A DNA stretch of 64,000 nucleotides, from positions 3,563,538 to 3,627,537 of the forward strand of contig OZ037772.1 of the NCBI GenBank assembly GCA_964035545.1. Direction: 5' to 3'. The position numbers and the translations under genes are program-made. The notes under the pieces are model-generated. The model was not told where the DNA came from and did no database searches. It saw only the letters and a list, made by a program, of their open reading frames with translations. The DNA is from Bugula neritina. Its lineage: Eukaryota; Animalia; Bryozoa. Positions within the stretch are counted from its first letter, which is position 1, and every line of letters begins with the position of its first letter. Shown in pieces: positions 56,253-64,000 of this stretch.

Positions 56253-59200
56253 TACTGGGTTAACACAACACTACAACTTATAACAATTAAAGTTGTTACA
56301 GGTCTAGAAAATTAACTATAACAATAATTTTGGAAAAGTTGTAAAGTCAGCAAAATCAAATTAAACTCTTTAAAAATGTTTCAAACAAACATAATGGATG
56401 CAAGAAAAAAAAGCCAACTTTAAATTGAAAGCAAAACAAAATACTTTTCAACAAAATTTGAAGAAATGGGAAGAAAGTATCAAGTGTCCATATATATCTG
56501 TCATTCGTGCCTACTTTCTTATTTACTGCATTTCTACTTGTGCTACACCTGGTTTTATAACAATTCTTATTAGCACAGAACCACGATATCAGTAAACATT
56601 AGCAAGCCTATAAGTTACTCATCCAATTTAATTAAGTGATGGACCTGTTTTCGAGTGCAAAGAACAAAGTGAAAAACGTAATTTGTTTTAGCACATGATG
56701 GTCAAAGTGTTATCTTTTTCAGTATTGTGGGTTTGAGTGTGCGATCAAGTTATTTCACAACGCGTATTCTAAATCAACTTCGCAAGCGTAGTTCAGATTA
56801 CAATATATTTATACAACAATACACAATCTAAAAACTACATCTATTCAAACACATTAACAACTACCCAGCACAGTGATTAAAGTTTGCATGTCTACTTGAT
56901 CATAACTGTTACGCGGGAAGTCACTGTTGCTAATTATAGTTCATGATTCATATTGGCGGGTTTCTGTCTCGAATCATCTTCTTAACACACTTAGTGACCC
57001 CGTCCTGCACTTGGAAGGGAATTAATATTTCCCCCTTCTTCGTTATGACAGTAGCTCCACGAGCCACCACAAAAGCTCTCGGTTACAATCCATTTTTTTT
57101 TTCATTTGTAAAAATGGCTCCAGTAAAAGTGGCACATGTAATAAGAACCACCTGCATCGTATATAACTGATATAATATATACAATACAAAATACATATAC
57201 AAAACCATTATTACCTGTGCCATTATTGCCTGTGTCATGTTTAGCTGTGCCATTTTTACCTTTATCATTTTTACCTCTTCCATTTTTACCTGCATGGGCA
57301 ATTTTGGTTTCATCCTATATTGCAGATATAAGAGGCTTATCCTATGGTTGAAGCTAGACTAAATTTCCCACTTGGATTCTTCTCACCTAAAGGCTTCCAA
57401 AGTTAGACTCTGCACATCAACTGGCGTATCGATTGCTAAATAGCTAATATGCCTATAATATAGCTATAATTATAGCTATATTAGCTAATAAATTATTTGG
57501 AATAATAGCCTACTTTTCAAGGATTTGTGTGAGGCAAAAAACCGTAATACATTATTATTAGACATTATTTTTGATGAATATTTATAAAAAAAACAACAAG
57601 ATGTAGAGAATTTCAAAATTAATAAGTTGATGCAGATCAAAAAAAATTTATGTTTCAAATAGCAAACAATTGATCCAAGTTTATTTGAATATAGATTTAT
57701 TTCATTAATATTCAAACGAATTGTGCATAAAATATATGTTGCACTGAAATTAATTAATAATTAGCATCTAACTGGGATGACGCTGCCAATTTTACCTAAA
57801 GTTGTAAGAAACTATAACAATGCATGCACACAATGTTGAAGGTTCTTGACCTTCATGATTCATAGAGTGTTTACATCAATACTAATATAATAATAATATG
57901 ACAGAAGAAAGTAAGGAATCATATAACCATGCAGACATATAGATGCAAAATGTAGAATTTAGTCTACCAAACAAACTAAATTTGAGGTCAACAATAAAAA
58001 GACCATAAAACTACTGCATTTTACCACATTATATCCAATCTAAAAAGATCTACAAATAAAATGATCTTTAAAAAGCTCCATAGTAAACTTAGAACGGCAT
58101 TAGCACCTGTTTCTAATTAAAGTGTGTGGCTATTTGAATCAAATTAGTGTCTGGAAAAAGTATTTACAGCTGTAATTATAGCATAACTCATCATGGTGGG
58201 AAAAGTGTTCAATCTTTAATTGCAATCACTATATCTATAAATGCAAGTGTATCCTCCTGCCAGATAGTCTGTTAGCTAGCAAGCCTGTGACTTATAGTAA
58301 TGTAGACCCCTATATTATGTGCTCATCACTGAAGTGTGAAGTGATGCACAGTGTTCACTACTTAAAAAGAAGTATACCATTTCTAGTGTATAAATCCACA
58401 ATTTATATAAAATCTAAAAGTCATTGCTTTTTTATTCAGATATCATGTTTTCCTGCTAAGATATTTTACTGGTACCCCAAAAATCAATTTTTGAGGCAAA
58501 ATTAGCCAAAAATGTGCAGTTTTTTCTATAACTTTGCAAAAGAATGAAAAAATACCAAAAAAGCTGCACTGAGAAAAAATAAGATTCACACCATAGTTTT
58601 TAAATTTTGATTCTAGTAGCCTTCAATTAAATAAGATTGTTTTTACTGGTACTGAATTTTTACACAGTTACAATGCAAACCTCTGCAGGGCAGTTGCAGC
58701 TAAAAAGTTACCTGTAACTATCCTGTGCAGACAGGTATTTCAAAGACATTTAATCAGGACTGGCCATATAGAGACAAGACTTTTTTGAAAGTGTAACTGA
58801 GATCTCATTTTTATTGACTGTATTGTGAAAGATAAGTAGTTGAAGAATCCCTGACACACTTTACTTATGCAGTACTGAAATATTACTATGTATGTTAGTT
58901 TTCATTTACATACTGTTTTAAGGTTAGATGTCTAAACAATTTTGTTTTATAATGAATTTTGTGCGAGTATGTACTGAAATGATTTGGGATTTGTAATCGC
59001 CTTGACCTTTGACCTTTGAATGCTTGTTAGATGCTGCACTGCACAGAGATGGCTTGAAGGTTTGAACTTTCAATTTTCAGTCAAATGAAATACACAAAAT
59101 AAATACTACACTTCACTCACTAGTCAGCACTTAGTCCAGCAACTAAGGGTTATATGTTCTAATACGAAACCAGATATTAACAGAATTGTTCAAGGCAAAC

Positions 59201-59549
59201 AGTACTCACTGTGTACTCACAAGTGTTTCACTGATGGTTGTAAAATATAACTATACTGGTATGAGTACAGACTCTTATCACTGGCGCATCTTGTTTAAAT
59301 TTGCATGTACAATCATGAATATATTATACTTTGTATGAATATATATGTATAATTTTTTATGCACAAACATAAATCCATATATAATTATTGATTATTAAAG
59401 TAATAAAAATGAAATGTTTCTTGTTTACCTATTTTAATTAAATGCATATATTATACACACATACACACATAAATAATATATATCTATTCAAATACGTTAT
59501 GATTTTAATAAACATGCAAAGCCTAGCCCTCGCTTATAATTACAATACA

Positions 59550-59674
59550 TATGGCCTGCGGATGTTTAATGAATCTTGAAAATTTATTTTAAAAACAAAA
59601 AAAAATGTTGTGGCCCCCAGCTCAAGCTAAAACTTGCAGACTGGCCCTCGGTTTGAAAAGGTTGGACACCCCTG
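59550..59674. mobile_element. End fragment of a non-autonomous hAT element
   Basis: TGGCCC subterminal repeats followed by AAAAGGTTGGACACCCCTG. A similar isolated end, GGTTGGGAACCACTG, lies at ~33856-33870. Confidence 0.55.
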
Positions 59675-61554
59675 CTGTAAATAAATCAAAGCCCCCTGGG
59701 GGGGGGGGATTAGAGATTTAGAATGCCGGGTTTAGGTTGAGGGGTTTAAGGGCTGGTGGCTTGAGTTTGGACTTTGAGTTAAATTAATGTTAATTTTTCC
59801 AAACCACCATTTAAAACCACACACACGCACACACGCACACAAGTTAGAAAATATGTATATGTTTTTTTCAACTATGTTTTAAACGGAATACAAACATGTA
59901 AACCACAAAACAGTGATTGTCTTCTTTCAATGCCATATTTTTGATCACACTAAGAAAGATGGTGGTAATGCAACTCCTAAAAGCATGTTGCATTATGTCG
60001 CTCCTCTGTCGGCAAGTATACCATTTGTATTAATGTATGAAGTCTTCAACATATATTTCAACTTATTTTTGCAAGTAACTCATGACAGTAAACTATATGC
60101 TTCTTTTTCTTCATGTGTGTGTGCGTGTGAGTGTGTGTAAAAATGCAGCACTCATAATAGTTGTTATTTTCTGAACAGCTTACAATAGCTACAGTTATAT
60201 GTAATTGCATAGGAGTGTTGCAAGTGTTTGCTAAAAGATGGTATGTAAAACATGCTGACGAATTTGTTGTGGAGAAATTTAAATAATTACTTAGCATTTA
60301 GCAATAAAATTGTTCATGTACAAATCAGAAACACCAAGTTGTATGCATATATTTTAAATAGTATGCATGAATTTGCAAAAAAAATGTAACTTAAACTATA
60401 CCAAAGTTGTGTTTCATTAAGTTAGGAGATATTTATCAACAAAGCAAAAAATTAGAACTTTATATACTTTTACTATGAGTATATGTTTTATATATGTGCT
60501 CATTTTGTATATACTGCAAAATATGTTATATACAATGTTAAACCAAAAGAATCAGAACTTTATAGTGTAATACAGGCACATCTACAATGTTAACAAATAT
60601 AACATTAAAAACAAGAAACAAAATTGTTCGTCTCTTCTACTTGACTTTTTACAAGCAAAAAATTATTATTGCTGCAAACTAAATTTAAATGTTGAGGTTC
60701 GTAAAGTTATATGTTTGTTAAATTATTTCACATTGTTTATATTCTACAAATAATTTCTACATATTTTCTAAACGCAATATCTTTTTTCGTCTACTACATG
60801 CAGCTCATTATATGCATATGTATATTATACAACGCAGCATAAAATTTTATAATACTTAGCAAAAAATGCTGAAAAATATTAAAATTTTACAAGATGGTAT
60901 TATATTATGGTGGCAATAAAATTGTAATAGACTATTATTTAATGAGAAGACAATTATGTTTTTATAATGAAGATTGATAAATTTATAATATGAGCTGAAA
61001 TTGAGTGAGAAGACAATTATGCTTTCAAAATACTTACAAGACTAAATTCTTATCCAATAGCTACAGTAATTAATATCCTTTGTTTGAAACAAAGTCTAAA
61101 AGGAGCGGATTTAAATAAAAAATTTAGACCTGCATTTGTTAAAACTTTTCAATCAAAACTATTACATTATATTATTTTTTCTCATAACTCCTAGCTCCTA
61201 AAACCTTTCGCATAAAAAAATTAATTTAGAATGTAAAATACTGCTAGAAATTGCCATGTTAATGTCAACCCTAACTGTATCCACCACTTGTTATAGTTGT
61301 TACGATCGTTACTTAACCAATGAAGTTGAACTGGTTGTACCTTCAGCCAATCAATGACTTATTTCAATTGCGCCTCGTTAGGCGAGGGTCGTTGACGAAA
61401 TCTATATAATATAATACAAATCCCATTACCACTGATTGACCCGAAGTTCTCTACGACTTCTATAGTGGTATAGGATAATAGATATACTGAAATATACACA
61501 GGTTAAAGCTAGAAGATCAAAATATAACAAAAAGGTAGCATTGTAATTAATTGG

Positions 61555-63120
61555 CTATGTTACAGCATTCTTGAGTAGAAATTTACTACTATGTCTGCAT
61601 ATGGATAAAAAGTCATAGCGCTTATTGAGGGAAGACAACTGTGGCTTATAAAGAATGAAAAATTTTTCCCATGAGCATAGCTGACAGATTTTAGTGTTGT
61701 TGTTGTATGGTTGAGTTTTTCTGGGAATTTTCCAGGATATGGTAAAATCCAGACCTTTGTCTTTTAAGGTCCAGATGTGTTTACTCAACTCAGTTTGCAT
61801 GCGCTTGGTTGGGTGTCTGAAAGAAGCAAGGTGGTTGTAGTATCTTGCCTTGAATGCAGTGGAGGAAATTCCTACATATGTTTCAGCAGTATCTTTTGAT
61901 GGGACGGATACTTTGGCCTGGTACACAATGTTTGGGGTGGTGCATTCTCCTGGGAGTGGGCATGTCTTTACATTTCTACAGTTACAGCCTGCCTGTGATA
62001 TAGGGGTGGTGTTGCATTTAGTAACACTTCTGTTGTGAGCAGTGATGGTCTGCTCTAAATTTGGGCAGCAACTGTAGCTGAGTTTGAGTGTGTTTTTATT
62101 AAATATTTTGTGCAGTGGGTGTTTGGTGTTGAATATATCTTTTATCAGCTTGAGGTATATGGAGCCGATTTTCGTCTTTACATTGCGGCTATAAGGTGGA
62201 TTGTACCAGATGACTTGTCTTTGTCTGATGGGTTTGATGCTTGTATTGGTGTTGTCGGTATAGTCTTTGTATTTGAGTTGGTAGTCATATCCGCTTTTAG
62301 CCAAAGCATCTTGATATAGTGGGATGGCATTGTTGAAGATAGTTTCATTGGTAGATATGTCACAAAGTCTGCGGTTTATAGATTCTGGTATGTTATTCAG
62401 TATGCTGGGAGGATGGTTAGAGTCTTTGTGTACATACAGAGGGATGTTGTTGGGCTTGGAGTACGGTGTATGATGTTTCTTGACCAGATCTAGGGTGACG
62501 TCTAAATAGTCAGTTGTCTTGATATTAACATCTATGGTGATCTTTAGACCGTGTGACTGGAATAATATGCAAAGATCTTTTTTCAGTCTTTCAGCTAGTT
62601 GTGGTTTAAGATCTGTTACACCTAGCCCATCGTCTCTATATAGTCCAATGTTAGCTTTGAACTTTTTTGAGATTTTACTTAACAAAAATAATCCTACTAA
62701 TTCACATGTTTCAGCACCATCATGTGAGCCCATAGTGACGTCGAACAAATTATCTGATTGTCTTTTACCCCAAGATGAGTTGTCATGCACCAATATGGAT
62801 TTTTTTGTGTGCAATATGATATTCCGTTCGTGGTTGCTGACTGTAGTATGCAAGTTGGCAAAGTCTAGAGAATCAGATAGTAGCTTTGGCGATATAGATG
62901 GATAAAATTCTACAATATCGAACACGATAAAAGTGTGCCTGTTTGTGGTGGTCAAATTGTCAAACCAATGTAAAACTGCAGATGTGCTTTTCCACTGATT
63001 TAGGCCAAGTTTGCTGTTTATCGATGTATTAATTCTGTCAAGTAGTTGTTTACTCACCCTACCTATCTCTGGTTTGGTGGGGTTAATAAGGCGGCAGGTG
63101 GGGTTAGTTATGTAGTTAGC
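61555..63120 (-). CDS. Penelope-like reverse transcriptase / GIY-YIG endonuclease, N-terminally truncated
   Basis: Motifs CRLINP, FDIVEFYPSI, MGSHDGAETCELVG, LYRDDGL, DYLDVTLDL, WYNPPYS, CNCR..CPLPG.C and IVYQA..YVG. The frame stays open upstream of the annotated start as far as the inversion junction. Confidence 0.92.
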   Translation of the reverse strand, partial: ANYITNPTCRLINPTKPEIGRVSKQLLDRINTSINSKLGLNQWKSTSAVLHWFDNLTTTNRHTFIVFDIVEFYPSISPKLLSDSLDFANLHTTVSNHERNIILHTKKSILVHDNSSWGKRQSDNLFDVTMGSHDGAETCELVGLFLLSKISKKFKANIGLYRDDGLGVTDLKPQLAERLKKDLCILFQSHGLKITIDVNIKTTDYLDVTLDLVKKHHTPYSKPNNIPLYVHKDSNHPPSILNNIPESINRRLCDISTNETIFNNAIPLYQDALAKSGYDYQLKYKDYTDNTNTSIKPIRQRQVIWYNPPYSRNVKTKIGSIYLKLIKDIFNTKHPLHKIFNKNTLKLSYSCCPNLEQTITAHNRSVTKCNTTPISQAGCNCRNVKTCPLPGECTTPNIVYQAKVSVPSKDTAETYVGISSTAFKARYYNHLASFRHPTKRMQTELSKHIWTLKDKGLDFTISWKIPRKTQPYNNNTKICQLCSWEKFFILYKPQLSSLNKRYDFLSICRHSSKFLLKNAVT

Positions 63121-63399
63121 CTGGAAAATTCTCAGAAAAACTCAACCATACAACAACAACACTAAAATCTGTCAGCTATGCTCATGGGAAAAATTTTTCA
63201 TTCTTTATAAGCCACAGTTGTCTTCCCTCAATAAGCGCTATGACTTTTTATCCATATGCAGACATAGTAGTAAATTTCTACTCAAGAATGCTGTAACATA
63301 GCCAATTAATTACAATGCTACCTTTTTGTTATATTTTGATCTTCTAGCTTTAATCTGTGTATATTTACATATTACATTATTTATAGTTGTAAGCAATCA

Positions 63400-63468
63400 T
63401 AGTGGCTAATTTATCTGACGAGTGCACATCGTTCTTGTGTACGAAACTACTAGTAATAAATGCCATTA
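63400..63468 (+). ncRNA. Type I hammerhead ribozyme
   Basis: Stem I is TAGTGGC-TA-ATTTAT / ATAAAT-GCCATTA. The core is CTGACGA (63415-63421) and stem II is GTGCACA/TGTGTAC, followed by GAAA (63443-63446). Stem III is minimal (ACT-act-AGT), with a GUA cleavage triplet ending at 63455. Confidence 0.85.
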
Positions 63469-63560
63469 TATTAATCAAATCTCATTTTACTTCTTCTAAT
63501 GTTTACGCTCTAGATTTATTTCTATAGAGCACTCTAGTAACGTTTTATAAACACTCATTT

Positions 63561-63563
<3 letters not shown>

Positions 63564-63642
<79 letters not shown>

Positions 63643-63672
63643 GCATATATATATATATATATACATGCATAT
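63564..63672. repeat. (TA)n microsatellite
   Basis: Direct reading. Confidence 0.95.
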
Positions 63673-64000
63673 ATCATCCTACTAGTAATGGATTACTAAG
63701 TACAACTCATCCTATGACTCACTCTTCTTATGCTAGCTGCACGAGATAGACAACTCACACGTGACACACACTCACAGTGCACTAGCTCTTGACACATTGC
63801 CAAGGATGATGAAATGACAGTTTCGCACCACTCCTAGCAGTTAGAGTGGCAGGGAATAGTTGTAGTATGTTGTAGTATTGGCTCCTCAGAATTCACCCCT
63901 CAGTAATTAGCTGCATTGCACAAACTTGCAACAATAGTGAATAATTATTGACAATATGGCCTCCACTCAGTAGTTAACTAGTAATTTATCTTGTCATTTT

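Larger units (their letters stand above)
40072..57072. mobile_element. Two-gene KDZ (Zisupton/Kyakuja/Dileera-group) DNA transposon, ~17 kb
   Basis: A perfect 22-bp inverted repeat TTGTGGTGGCTCGTGGAGCTAC (40072-40093 and 57051-57072) encloses a transposase gene and a convergent accessory gene. No TSD was found, so the true ends may lie further out. Confidence 0.7.
61490..63563 (-). mobile_element. Penelope-like retroelement, 5'-truncated, with an inverted copy of its 3' end / pLTR
   Basis: RT + GIY-YIG ORF on the minus strand. Segment 63120-63366 is the reverse complement of ~61490-61736 (2 mismatches seen) and continues into a hammerhead-containing tail that abuts (TA)n. Confidence 0.9.

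Overview
AT-rich, intron-rich animal (invertebrate-like) genomic DNA, so the ORF track is mostly fragments and gene models had to be spliced by hand. The left half (1-34 kb) is a decaying, duplication-rich region. It holds the 3' exons of a TRIM-like coiled-coil/beta-propeller gene, two degenerate copies of a fibrillar-collagen gene (one circularly permuted and carrying a solo LTR with a nested MITE), a multi-exon minus-strand pseudogene, many exon-abutting minisatellites, TE remnants and the RING exon of a second TRIM gene. The right half contains the main result: a ~17-kb module (40072-57072) bounded by a perfect 22-bp inverted repeat and carrying two apparently intact convergent spliced genes. 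One is a 17-exon, ~754-aa KDZ (Kyakuja-Dileera-Zisupton) transposase. The other is an 8-coding-exon, ~436-aa protein with a double zinc ribbon, a (PSTSV)n linker and a C-terminal chromodomain. This module lies inside a ~28-kb interval bracketed by two identical, inverted 142-bp segments, each containing a type I hammerhead ribozyme and lying next to a (TA)n tract. The right segment belongs to a Penelope-like retroelement with an inverted 3' end. All domain calls come from motif recognition by eye; no database searches were run.
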